DNA of 50,076 nt from an uncultured Gammaproteobacteria bacterium (GCA_964402425.1 CAYOCD010000007.1:1081-51156), one strand, 5' to 3'. Positions 11,338 to 20,364 are shown, counted from the first letter of the stretch. Translations and numbers: made by a program. Notes: generated by a model not told the origin, from the sequence alone.

Positions 11338-11367
11338 ACGCACACGTGCTAGCTCTTAAGTGGTCGT

Positions 11368-11396
11368 ATTCTAGTAAAAAGTCGCTGATACGTCAA
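11368..11396 (-). promoter_or_regulatory. putative promoter for tRNA-Gly and its hairpin leader
   Basis: TTGACG-17 bp-TAGAAT on the minus strand. Confidence 0.65.
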
Positions 11397-11416
11397 CGGA
11401 TCAAGAAAACCACAAA

Positions 11417-11503
11417 TTATCGATATTGTTCATGAAGTGCAATCGCCGTTGCGGTCGCCACGTTTAGGCTTTCTAATTTTGAGTTGTGTTCGATCATCAC
11501 AGA
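11417..11503 (-). pseudogene. orphan 3' fragment of the TrmH-family methyltransferase gene (diverged direct repeat of 14027-14113)
   Basis: Encodes SVMIEHNSKLESLNVATATAIALHEQYR* vs SVVIDHEVKLESLNVATATAIALHERYR* in the intact gene; 70/87 nt identical by manual alignment. Confidence 0.9.
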
Positions 11504-11524
11504 TATTCTGCCACGCATGATGGA

Positions 11525-11553
11525 TTGACTCAAATCCATTTATTTGTTATGTT
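11525..11553 (+). promoter_or_regulatory. promoter of the E2-E1-Ubl operon
   Basis: TTGACT-17 bp-TATGTT with extended TG; hairpin cttgct-ttcg-agcaag (11559-11574) at the predicted +1. Confidence 0.6.
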
Positions 11554-11610
11554 CCCTCCTTGCTTTCGAGCAAGAATGCCCTTTTACATGACACAAACAG
11601 GAGATGCATC

Positions 11611-13005
11611 ATGACGGACAACCAGAAAAATGTGCAAGTACACGCTTTTGCCGTACCCGCTCTGCTTATGCGCTCACTTGGTCTCAAGATACCATCCGGC
11701 GCCAACATGACACGGATGAGTGCAGAGACCGAAGGCTTCAACATCGCAGTCGACCTGTTCTCATTTCGCTCTGCACGCGCTCGCAACAAAGCCGCAAGTG
11801 CATTTGTTGCAACGGCCAAGCAGACGGGAAAGACTCTCGAAAAGGTTGCGTGTCTCGCAGACAACACGGCCACGGATCTCTATGTCACCATAACGAGTGC
11901 GGAACTTTCTTCGCCAGACGAACAAAATGATCGGAACTTCTATCTTTCCTTTAAAGAATTCATTGATCCGGACTTTGAACATCTCAAGGCCGTCTCACGG
12001 TTCTTCGGACTTCCCATCGTATTGTGCCACGGACACGACATTATTCAACCGCCGTTTCCTCAAACAAAAGATGGGCGCATCTATTTCTTCTACTGTTCAA
12101 GACCTCCAGGTGCGAAACCTGAAATAGACATGCCGGTTGAAGAACTCTTTGGCCTCAAGCTCTGGAAGCATGGTGAGAAACGATTCATTCATCCACAAAC
12201 CCCCGGACGAGGTCGTGTCATTGAGCAGAATGGTGTGTGCGTATTCCAAGTCCTTGGACGCAACTACTACCAGATCTGTTTGGTTCCGTTCGATGAACAC
12301 CATCCGGTGAATCGAGACACCATCTTCGTGAAACTCCTCGAGGTGCTCTATCACGATCTACTCGAACACAACGGAACTGATCTAGAAGTCGCTGAAGCAA
12401 CCAGTGAGGAGCTTGTAACATTTGGCGAAAAACAAGCCGACAAACTTCTCCGCGACGAACGGGATGATCTGAAAAAAACGGAATATGCGATTAGTAAAAA
12501 GGAACAAGAACTCTTTGAACTACTAGCAAAACGTGATCAGTCGATGAGGGTAATCCGTGCAATCTCTGCGGACCCATTCACTTCTGAACTGCATGATCGT
12601 CTTCCAAAAGAATGTTCCGAGATCAAAAACGTTGCTCATGTCTCCTCTGTTCATATTGTCGACGAAGCCATCCAAATCAAAACCACACCAATCGTGATCA
12701 CTCACGAAAATGTGAATTATGATCTTGGACCATTCATTATTCGACTCGATAATAAAGGTAAGCCATCTGTGTGGAGCGACAACCCCAAACACCCGAAAGG
12801 ACATCATCATCCGCACATCGGACGGATTCAACTCGCATGCTTCGGCAATATCACCCTCGCGGTTGCAAAACACATAGCAGCATTCCGCTATGCAGATGCA
12901 ACACGCCTCGTGATTCGATGGCTTCACTCGTACAATCCAGACAACACACTCACACTCATTGAAGAATGGGCCCCTGAAAAGAACTTGGAGGTTCCCCATG
13001 ACTAA
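11611..13005 (+). CDS. multidomain protein: unknown N-terminal region, coiled coil, C-terminal prokaryotic E2/UBC-like domain
   Basis: AGGAG RBS at 11599-11603; heptad region LRDERDDLKKTEYAISKKEQELFELL; HHPHIGRIQLACFGN resembles the E2 HPN...C active site; directly upstream of an E1 and a Ubl. Confidence 0.7.
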   Translation: MTDNQKNVQVHAFAVPALLMRSLGLKIPSGANMTRMSAETEGFNIAVDLFSFRSARARNKAASAFVATAKQTGKTLEKVACLADNTATDLYVTITSAELSSPDEQNDRNFYLSFKEFIDPDFEHLKAVSRFFGLPIVLCHGHDIIQPPFPQTKDGRIYFFYCSRPPGAKPEIDMPVEELFGLKLWKHGEKRFIHPQTPGRGRVIEQNGVCVFQVLGRNYYQICLVPFDEHHPVNRDTIFVKLLEVLYHDLLEHNGTDLEVAEATSEELVTFGEKQADKLLRDERDDLKKTEYAISKKEQELFELLAKRDQSMRVIRAISADPFTSELHDRLPKECSEIKNVAHVSSVHIVDEAIQIKTTPIVITHENVNYDLGPFIIRLDNKGKPSVWSDNPKHPKGHHHPHIGRIQLACFGNITLAVAKHIAAFRYADATRLVIRWLHSYNPDNTLTLIEEWAPEKNLEVPHD

Positions 13006-13654
13006 TCTGAATCTGTCGCAGCAAGACAAGTTGTTCGATGCAGAAACAGCAACGCCCATCACTGTCATTGGCGCAGGGTCTGTTGGGAGTTACGTTGTTC
13101 ACGGTCTTGCAAAAATGGGCGTCACAAACATCACCGTCTTTGATCCGGACTTCGTTGAATCACACAACATCCCCATGTCGCTTTACCGTCTGCGTGATCT
13201 TGCGCGACCAAAAGTTGAGGCGCTCAAGGAAATCATTGAGGACGCAACGGGTGTCGTTATTACCGGTCACAACACAGCTTATAATGGCCAGCCACTCAAA
13301 GGGGTGATCATTGCCTGTGTCGATACCATGGAAGCACGGCAAATGATCTGGAAAGCAATTGAGAACTCAGTGACGATCGATGTGCCCATTCTCTTTGATA
13401 CACGTGTGTCTGCAGAACTCGTTTGGGTCTTTGCGATCAGCCCAGAAGATCCAGATGACAAAGAGCTCTATCAACACCATCTGAACTACTCGACAAAAGA
13501 AACCGCACCGCCTATCTGTGGCCTTCATGGCATCGATTACGTGTCAAAACGTGCAGCCGGAATCGTCTGCATTGGATTGACATCATGGTGGCAACGCGGT
13601 ACAAAGAAGCGCCTCCACAAGGAGTTGGTAGGCGCACTCGAAGTGATCCAGTAA
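12998..13654 (+). CDS. ThiF/MoeB-family E1-like adenylyltransferase
   Basis: GGAGG RBS; VIGAGSVG nucleotide loop, FDPDFVESHN, PKVEAL, ACVDTMEAR, late Cys in PPICG; overlaps the upstream gene end by 8 nt. Confidence 0.92.
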   Translation: MTNLNLSQQDKLFDAETATPITVIGAGSVGSYVVHGLAKMGVTNITVFDPDFVESHNIPMSLYRLRDLARPKVEALKEIIEDATGVVITGHNTAYNGQPLKGVIIACVDTMEARQMIWKAIENSVTIDVPILFDTRVSAELVWVFAISPEDPDDKELYQHHLNYSTKETAPPICGLHGIDYVSKRAAGIVCIGLTSWWQRGTKKRLHKELVGALEVIQ

Positions 13655-13677
13655 GGATCCAACCAAGGAGCAACATC

Positions 13678-13929
13678 ATGCTGAGGATTTCCGTTTCAGT
13701 CGTACCCACGCACGGCAACCCTGTCGATCAAACCGTAGAAGTCGCTCCGAGTGGTGCTTCCGTGCAGGAGATCTGCAAAGCAGCCGGTATCGACACTGAG
13801 AACAAGGATCTGACCGTGAACGGTCAGCCCGCAGGTCTCAGGACTCATGTCGGCCAGAACGATGTGCTCGCAGCAAAAGAACGCGGCAAGCCCGTCGTCA
13901 CCACATCGGAACGTCCGCGCGGCTCCTAA
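13678..13929 (+). CDS. ubiquitin-like (beta-grasp, ThiS/MoaD-like) protein, 83 aa, C-terminus RPRGS
   Basis: AAGGAG RBS; pattern RISVSVV..QTVEV..GASVQEI..LTVNGQ..VGQND typical of beta-grasp Ubls; follows the E1. Confidence 0.75.
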   Translation: MLRISVSVVPTHGNPVDQTVEVAPSGASVQEICKAAGIDTENKDLTVNGQPAGLRTHVGQNDVLAAKERGKPVVTTSERPRGS

Positions 13930-13965
13930 ACCAACAACAACTTCACTGAATCACCTCTTCCCATT

Positions 13966-14025
13966 GTCGCTTCTTCAAGCGACTTTTTTTTAAACAAAAA
14001 ACTCGAGTTCTCCTCGAGTTTTTTT
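13966..14025. terminator. tandem terminators between the Ubl operon and the trmH-like gene
   Basis: gtcgctt..aagcgac followed by T8, then aaaaaactcgag-ttctc-ctcgagttttttt. Confidence 0.75.
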
Positions 14026-14026
14026 C

Positions 14027-14701
14027 TTATCGATACCGTTCATGAAGCGCAATCGCGGTTGCGGTCGCTACGTTCAAGCTCTCGAGTTTTACCTCGTGGT
14101 CGATCACAACAGACGTGCCATCTTTGGTCAGTGTAATTCCTGATCCCTCGTTTCCGATGATGAGCACGATTGGTTGATCTGTTACGAGCACACTTTCTGA
14201 TTTCGCGCCTGGGCGTTTTTCCAGTTTATAAATTGGTCGTGCGAGTTCTTTGAGTGCATCGCGCGCACGAGAAGGATCAAGATCGATCCAAGGAACAAGA
14301 AACAATCCTCCGGCCGACGAACGAATCACTTTTGTGGAACTTGGGTCGGCCGACTCCACCAAAATCATGGTGGCATCAAATCCAAGACAAAGACGCATGA
14401 TCGCACCAACATTTCCTGGATCTTGTACACGATCAAGCATCACAATTGTGTTTGATCGTTTAATGTCGTCGAGCGTCCACACAGGAATCTTTGCAATTCC
14501 AATCACTTCTTGTGGTGTATCTGTTGTTGCAATCTTTCCAAACGATCGCGCGCCCATGTCATTAATGTGCAAAACTTCTTGCACCGCACGCCCCGCCGTC
14601 TCAATCATCTTTTGACCTTCAACCAAACACAGACCCGTTTTATCACGGCCTTTTTTGGTCTCAAGTTGCGTAAGAAGTTTACGTTGGTTGTTTGTGAGCA
14701 T
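14027..14701 (-). CDS. TrmH/SpoU-family RNA 2'-O-methyltransferase
   Basis: VQDPGNVGAIMR, IIGNEGSG and ESLNVA SPOUT motifs. Confidence 0.93.
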   Translation of the reverse strand: MLTNNQRKLLTQLETKKGRDKTGLCLVEGQKMIETAGRAVQEVLHINDMGARSFGKIATTDTPQEVIGIAKIPVWTLDDIKRSNTIVMLDRVQDPGNVGAIMRLCLGFDATMILVESADPSSTKVIRSSAGGLFLVPWIDLDPSRARDALKELARPIYKLEKRPGAKSESVLVTDQPIVLIIGNEGSGITLTKDGTSVVIDHEVKLESLNVATATAIALHERYR

Positions 14702-14704
14702 AGG

Positions 14705-16390
14705 TTATGCAAGTGCTTGTAACATTCTTTCTTTTGCTTCGTCAATCGTTGTCGAACCTGCAAGGAGTGCTAAAACATCCTCATGCGTCATATTTTTTTC
14801 ATCGCGTAACTGTTCTGATAAATCAATCGGTTTCGAAAATTCTCTCCCTGCTTTGAATCCGAGTTTGAGTAAATCACGACCAAACAAAATCGGCTTTGGT
14901 ATTTCTTTTTCCACACCAAGTCTGCGAGCTTCTTCTCGAACCCACCTCCCTGCTTCATAAGGTTCTGGCAAAACAAATTGATCTGGATTCTTTGAATCAG
15001 GAAATGGTCCACGTCCTCGATTATCCGATTCAGCCACATAGGTTAATTCCGCAATTGTCGCGGGCCATATGCGCTTCGCGAGTCTACGAAACACTCCCGG
15101 CGCTACTTCCTCACCCGCAAGATGTTTTCGATACATGGTACCAGGCCACAAATGTTCTTTTACAAGTGGCACAATTTTTTGTTCAAGCTCTTTTGAAGCA
15201 CCAATTTTTCGAAGAAATACTTTTGTGGGTTCTGCTCCGGCCGGCTCATGTCCTTGTGATTTGATGCGCCCATCTTTGAATTCTGTTGTCGTGGGTTTTC
15301 CTAAATCATGACAAAGCGCAGCCATCATCACAACTTGTGATTCGTCTTTTCCTAAACGCTCGATCCGACACACGTCCTTTGCAGAATCAACAACCATGAG
15401 TGTGTGCGTCCAAACATCTCCTTCTGGATGCCAATCAAATTCCTGCGGAGTTCCGCTTAACGCAACAAGCTCTGGATAAAGGGATTCGATAACTCCCATA
15501 TCAAAAAGTGCCTGCAAAGCAAGAGATGGTCGCTCAGATTTTAAAAGAAGTTTATTCCACTCCTCACACATGCGCTCTTTTGGAAGCTCATGAAGAGATG
15601 GAACTATTTCTTGAAACAACTTCATTGACCTTTGATCAGGACGCAAACCAAAGCGTCCAATAAATTGCGCACCACGCATCACGCGCAACGGATCATCCTT
15701 AAACAATTCTGGATCTGTCACACGAAGCGTGCGGGTGCGCAAATCCTCAACACCATTAAATGGGTCGAATATCTCTGCCGTCAAAGGATCTTTCGAAAGT
15801 GCATTAAAGGTAAAATCACGTCGTCTCCCCGCTTCTTTGATTGACATGTTTGGATCCGTATCGACCAAAAATCCCTTGTGACCTTCACGAACCTTCGAAT
15901 CACGGCGCGGAATGGAAACATCAATATCCATTCCTCCATCCGTAATTTTCAAAATACCAAACGCTTTCCCAACAGAATCCACTTTCCCAAATGTATGAAC
16001 GAGTTTTTCAAGAGTATCTGGTTGTATTCCATAAATCTCTAAATCAAAATCTTTACTTTCTTTTCCGAGAACCTCATCACGCACAGATCCACCAACAAGA
16101 AGTGCACGGCCACCAGCCGCTTTTACAGCTTCTGCAATTTTACACACACGCTCAAACATCTCTCTTGCATCCTTCCCATCACGTTTTTCTACACGCCCTC
16201 CATATTCTTCACGCGACAATCCATGAAAGACACGAAATTTTTCTTTTCCTTCCACAAAAGGATCTGACATCCCAAAAAATTGCTCTTCTGCATTTTTTTC
16301 TTTTTTTGGTAATTGTTTTTCGGGAAGACGGGAAAAAGATTGACGATGTCGTTCTTCGTGAATTGATTGAAAGGGAGATTTTTCTGACAT
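14705..16390 (-). CDS. cca: CCA tRNA nucleotidyltransferase with HD domain
   Basis: VGGSVRD, DFDLE, RRDFTFNA, DDPLRVMR, HPEGDVWTH, CHDLGK. Confidence 0.93.
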   Translation of the reverse strand: MSEKSPFQSIHEERHRQSFSRLPEKQLPKKEKNAEEQFFGMSDPFVEGKEKFRVFHGLSREEYGGRVEKRDGKDAREMFERVCKIAEAVKAAGGRALLVGGSVRDEVLGKESKDFDLEIYGIQPDTLEKLVHTFGKVDSVGKAFGILKITDGGMDIDVSIPRRDSKVREGHKGFLVDTDPNMSIKEAGRRRDFTFNALSKDPLTAEIFDPFNGVEDLRTRTLRVTDPELFKDDPLRVMRGAQFIGRFGLRPDQRSMKLFQEIVPSLHELPKERMCEEWNKLLLKSERPSLALQALFDMGVIESLYPELVALSGTPQEFDWHPEGDVWTHTLMVVDSAKDVCRIERLGKDESQVVMMAALCHDLGKPTTTEFKDGRIKSQGHEPAGAEPTKVFLRKIGASKELEQKIVPLVKEHLWPGTMYRKHLAGEEVAPGVFRRLAKRIWPATIAELTYVAESDNRGRGPFPDSKNPDQFVLPEPYEAGRWVREEARRLGVEKEIPKPILFGRDLLKLGFKAGREFSKPIDLSEQLRDEKNMTHEDVLALLAGSTTIDEAKERMLQALA

Positions 16391-16679
16391 AGTATCGTCA
16401 TCTTATCAAAAAAATAACCAAATAAAAAACAACCGATACAAATCGGTTGTGAGGTTATGAACAGATCACTTATATGAAGCGCTTTTTTGCGAAGCACGGA
16501 AGAACAACAACTCTGTCTTCAAAAGAAGTATATTCGAGTCTCATACACCTACCTGGCATTGTTGCAATAGATCCATCGAATATCAGGTCTTTGATGACCT
16601 TGTATAAAATTTCGTAATTCGTGACATTTTAAATGGATTTCAAAAAAATCGCGGTTGTCCATCGATCGCGCTATAATTT

Positions 16680-17411
16680 ATGCATATGCTATCCCCTCTT
16701 CGAAAAATTGAATTAGCTCTGTGTCAACTCACGGTTGATGACCCGGAATATAAAGCCTTCCGGAACAAAACCACTAAGTTGCGTGTGCTTGGCATTCGAT
16801 TACCCGTTCTCCAAAAAACGGTCTGTGATGGATTTGCGTTTTATCAAAAAACGCAAAAAGATATTTTATCAATTTGGGATCATATATGGAAAACGAGTCG
16901 TTGGCATGAGGTAATGTATCTTCCTCTCTTTTATTATCGAAATCACAAACACGTACTTGGTCGATATGAATGGGAAGTCATCAAACACTGGATCGATCGC
17001 GTAGAAAACTGGGAGCATGCGGACTCACTTTCTTATTTGTATTCAATTCTCCTTGAACGCTATCCAAAACTTGTTTTGCCAACACTTAAAAAATGGAACC
17101 GATCAACCAATCCCTGGAAACAGCGCGTATCGATTGTCTCACTTATTTATTATGCTTCCCCAAAACGCAAAGCTCCACCCGTAAAACTCGTTTTAGAAAT
17201 GGTTGAACCTCTCATTGGATCAAAAGATGCCTATGTGCGCAAAGCCGTTGGCTGGACACTTCGCGAAAGTTATAAACTCTACCCAAAAGAAACGTACACA
17301 TTTCTCAAAAAACACATTCGTACACTATCCGCGATCAGTTTTTCGTACGCGACAGAGAAGGTGACCAAGGAACAGAAGACGGAGTTAAAGAAATTGCGAT
17401 CTAAACGGTAA
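16680..17411 (+). CDS. DNA alkylation repair protein (AlkD-like HEAT-repeat glycosylase)
   Basis: GIRLP, ENWEHAD, NPWKQR, YVRKAVGWTLRE. Confidence 0.85.
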   Translation: MHMLSPLRKIELALCQLTVDDPEYKAFRNKTTKLRVLGIRLPVLQKTVCDGFAFYQKTQKDILSIWDHIWKTSRWHEVMYLPLFYYRNHKHVLGRYEWEVIKHWIDRVENWEHADSLSYLYSILLERYPKLVLPTLKKWNRSTNPWKQRVSIVSLIYYASPKRKAPPVKLVLEMVEPLIGSKDAYVRKAVGWTLRESYKLYPKETYTFLKKHIRTLSAISFSYATEKVTKEQKTELKKLRSKR

Positions 17412-17426
17412 ACACGAAATCTATTT

Positions 17427-17455
17427 TTGACAACTCGCCTACCATTTTATAAAAT
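17427..17455 (+). promoter_or_regulatory. sigma70 promoter of the HNH-tRNA-Leu unit
   Basis: TTGACA-17 bp-TAAAAT; ATG begins 9 nt after the -10 box. Confidence 0.7.
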
Positions 17456-17463
17456 CGGTCTCT

Positions 17464-17937
17464 ATGAGACCTAAAAAATGGAATAACGAACAACTGAAAG
17501 CTGCTGTTGCCGAATCTCGAAGCGTGAGGCAAGTTCTTGGCAAGTTGGGATTAAAACAAGCTGGAGGAAATTATGCACAGATCAAGAAATATTTAACGGA
17601 ATTCAAAATCGAAAGCAAACATTTTACAGGTCGGGGATGGTCAAAAGGATTACGCATAACAACAAATCCTGGTGCACCGATTGAAGAATTACTCGTCAAC
17701 AATAGTGGTTATCAAAGTTTCAAACTGAAGCGACGATTATTTGATGCAAACTTAAAGCCAAAACACTGTGAAGAATGTGGCTGGTCAAAAATCTCAAAAG
17801 ATGGCAGACTACCTCTCGAGTTGGATCATATCAATGGGAATCCTCGAGATCATCGATTGGAAAACCTGCGAGTACTCTGTCCAAATTGCCACAGTTTAAA
17901 ACCAACTCATCGGGGGAGAAATAAGAAACATGCTTAA
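17464..17937 (+). CDS. HNH endonuclease (free-standing, homing-type)
   Basis: CEECG...LELDHINGNPRDHRLENLRVLCPNCH; N-terminal helical DNA-binding-like region. Confidence 0.92.
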   Translation: MRPKKWNNEQLKAAVAESRSVRQVLGKLGLKQAGGNYAQIKKYLTEFKIESKHFTGRGWSKGLRITTNPGAPIEELLVNNSGYQSFKLKRRLFDANLKPKHCEECGWSKISKDGRLPLELDHINGNPRDHRLENLRVLCPNCHSLKPTHRGRNKKHA

Positions 17938-17939
17938 AT

Positions 17940-18025
17940 GGGACGATGGCGGAATGGTATACGCTCGACACTTAAAATGTCGTCTGGGAAACCGGGTGCG
18001 GGTTCGAGTCCCGCTCGTCCCACCA
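17940..18025 (+). tRNA. tRNA-Leu(TAA)
   Basis: gggacga/tcgtccc acceptor, cgaca-ctTAAaa-tgtcg, variable arm, GTTCGAG, encoded CCA. Confidence 0.97.
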
Positions 18026-18128
18026 AAAAAGAATCACACACGTGATTCTTTTTTGTTTTCACTCATTCGTTGACACTCAACCACAAATTGATTAAGTTCA
18101 TCTAAAGAACCTTTGTCGGGAGACTGTC

Positions 18129-18338
18129 ATGCCACAAGAAAAACTCCTGCCGTTTCATAAAAGCATTCTTATCCTCATCGCAAATGCAAACGCACAAGAG
18201 ATGAGTATCTATGCTCACATGATTCACATCACCCTCATTCCAGAAAGCAGTCGTGCGGAAATCCTCCGCGCCTGGAAACGCAGATGCCAAGAAATTAGTT
18301 GTCCAAATCATGGAGTCACAGCTCATCTTTCTGGGTAA
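18129..18338 (+). CDS. small hypothetical protein
   Basis: Own promoter TTGACA(18070)-17-TAAGTT, GGGAG RBS, 69-aa ORF. Confidence 0.5.
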   Translation: MPQEKLLPFHKSILILIANANAQEMSIYAHMIHITLIPESSRAEILRAWKRRCQEISCPNHGVTAHLSG

Positions 18339-18512
18339 TCTCAGTCTTCTCAACGATTCTCCGGGGTCGTTTTTCTTTTACCCCCACACCTCAACACATT
18401 GACAAAATGATGATTTTGAAGTAATCTCTCAGGTCTATTTCCTGAGAAATACTTGGAAATAAGACACGTGTTCCGCGGACAGTCCGCACAAACAACATCC
18501 ATGGGAGGCAAC

Positions 18513-19166
18513 ATGAAACGTTATCAAAAAACACCTTTGATCCCAGTTTCTGTCGGTGATGTGATTGAAGTTTGTTTCAATCACGAAGATCATTCAAAAA
18601 AATATCAGGCCAAGGTCCTCAAAGTCACGAAGCGTTTCGGCCGTTATAACGACGGCAAGGATCCGACTTCCCCGCTGCTGAAGGTACACTGGATCAACGA
18701 ACCCAAACAAAATCATCCAACATTCGATCAGAGATTTGTCACACGAGTGATTGAACGATCGAAAGTTTGTGCTCTGCCCTACAACATGTACCGCGAGATA
18801 TGCCAAGGCGGCAATGGATCGATCAGGGTTACGAAAGCAACATGGGAAGGAAATCTCGAAGAACTTGTCATGTTTGCGCTTAGCAAGCTTCCACCAAGCA
18901 TCGCCATCGAACAACCAATCGATGAACTCAAAATCACATGGTTGTTTATCAACAACCCTCTTGGTCTGATCAAAAATAACCTTTTTTATTGTACGGTGAA
19001 TCGCAAGCGGTTCATGAACTGGGTAAAAAAGAATTACCGCCGACTCCTCAAGACAACCAAAGAGATGGACCGAGAACAAACGGCCATGAACCGCATGTGT
19101 GAAAAGATCAACAAGGAAGATTGTCGTGCCGAACAAGACGATTGGCAAGACAGTTCTTACTACTAG
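18513..19166 (+). CDS. hypothetical protein (possible SH3/Tudor-like N-terminus)
   Basis: Promoter TTGACA(18399)-17-TAATCT, GGAGG RBS before MKRYQK; VSVGDVIEV..YQAKVLKV. Confidence 0.65.
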   Translation: MKRYQKTPLIPVSVGDVIEVCFNHEDHSKKYQAKVLKVTKRFGRYNDGKDPTSPLLKVHWINEPKQNHPTFDQRFVTRVIERSKVCALPYNMYREICQGGNGSIRVTKATWEGNLEELVMFALSKLPPSIAIEQPIDELKITWLFINNPLGLIKNNLFYCTVNRKRFMNWVKKNYRRLLKTTKEMDREQTAMNRMCEKINKEDCRAEQDDWQDSSYY

Positions 19167-19329
19167 TCTTCACTGAAACGACCACAAACACCTCGACCAT
19201 TCATCGCGAAAGCCCTGGATGGTTTTTTCTTTTCCACACATTCCTTGCGCTTCCCTCTCGAGTCGAACATAATACGGGTATCTTTCGGCCTTTAAGGCAT
19301 TTATCGCCTTTATAGCCTTTCCTTTTTTT

Positions 19330-20364
19330 ATGATCGAACGCGAGGAATTTGAAGCAACAGAACCTGTCGCCACCTCTGCCTCCCCAGAAGAGCGTGATTT
19401 TGAGTTTTCCCTCAGACCAAAAACCCTCGCAGACTTCGTTGGGCAAGAAGGACTCAAAGAAAATCTCACTGTTTTCATGGGCGCAGCAAAAAAACGCGAG
19501 GAACCAATCGAACACGTCCTACTGTACGGAAACCCAGGACTCGGAAAAACAACACTTGCACATATTATTGCAAATGAAATGGGTTCGCAGATTCGTGTCA
19601 CCTCGGGACCAGCACTTGAAAAAGTTGGCGATCTTGCAGCGATCCTCTCAAACTTACAAAAAGGCGATATTTTGTTTATCGATGAAATTCATCGCATCAA
19701 CAAAACGATTGAAGAAGTTTTGTATCCAGCCATGGAAGACTACGCGCTCGACATCATCGTCGGAAAAGGTCCAACTGCACGCACCCTTCGCATCAACCTT
19801 GAACATTTCACCATCATCGGCGCAACCACACGTCTCTCGCTTCTCTCTGCCCCACTGCGTGACCGCTTTGGTATGGTGCATCATTTAGATTTCTATGAGC
19901 GCACGGATCTCGCAACCATTTTGAGGCGCAATGCGGGACTTCTTAAAACCCCCATTCATGAAGACGCGGTCGAACTCCTCGCCATGCGTTCACGCCTCAC
20001 ACCTCGCATTGCAAATCGCATGCTTCGCCGCGCACGTGACTTTGCACAAGTAAAAGGTGACGGATCCATTACCCCAGATCTGTGTCGCAGTGCCCTCAAA
20101 ATGATGCGTGTAGACGAAGAAGGCCTTGATGCTGTTGATCGTCACATCCTCACAACCATCATGGAAAAATTTCAGGGGGGTCCCGTGGGTCTTTCCACCA
20201 TCGCTGCTGCAACACAAGAAGAAATGGAAACCATTGAAGACGTTCATGAACCGTATTTGCTCCAGCTTGGCTTTCTTGCGCGCACACCACGCGGTCGTAT
20301 TGCAACAGATCGCGCCTATAAACATCTTGGATTTGATATTCCAGAACAGAATCGTTTGCTATAA
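19330..20364 (+). CDS. ruvB: Holliday junction branch-migration helicase RuvB
   Basis: [44 protein letters not shown]. Confidence 0.98.
   Translation: MIEREEFEATEPVATSASPEERDFEFSLRPKTLADFVGQEGLKENLTVFMGAAKKREEPIEHVLLYGNPGLGKTTLAHIIANEMGSQIRVTSGPALEKVGDLAAILSNLQKGDILFIDEIHRINKTIEEVLYPAMEDYALDIIVGKGPTARTLRINLEHFTIIGATTRLSLLSAPLRDRFGMVHHLDFYERTDLATILRRNAGLLKTPIHEDAVELLAMRSRLTPRIANRMLRRARDFAQVKGDGSITPDLCRSALKMMRVDEEGLDAVDRHILTTIMEKFQGGPVGLSTIAAATQEEMETIEDVHEPYLLQLGFLARTPRGRIATDRAYKHLGFDIPEQNRLL

Noticed and set aside
11081-11352. N-terminal extension of ORF 10448..11182 and the 3' part of ORF 10873..11352
   Set aside because: Both run through tRNA-Gly and its terminator; the real start is most likely 11080
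12022-12075. CHGHDIIQPPFPQTKD in the E2-like protein as a cryptic JAB motif
   Set aside because: JAB requires HxH-x7-S-x2-D; the Ser is absent and the Asp is off by one, so it is not supported without a structure search
12998-13929. thiF/thiS or moeB/moaD cofactor-biosynthesis pair
   Set aside because: No thi/moa/moe genes in the window, the Ubl lacks GG, the E1 lacks zinc motifs, and an E2-like gene is translationally coupled
11417-14113. Integrase-type attL/attR genomic island
   Set aside because: The repeats are only about 80% identical with synonymous bias and no recombinase gene is present; recombination with a relative's DNA fits better
16391-16679. Possible small gene or ncRNA between cca and the AlkD-like gene
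   Set aside because: Only short ORFs and one small hairpin (acaaccgat/atcggttgt); no supportable call
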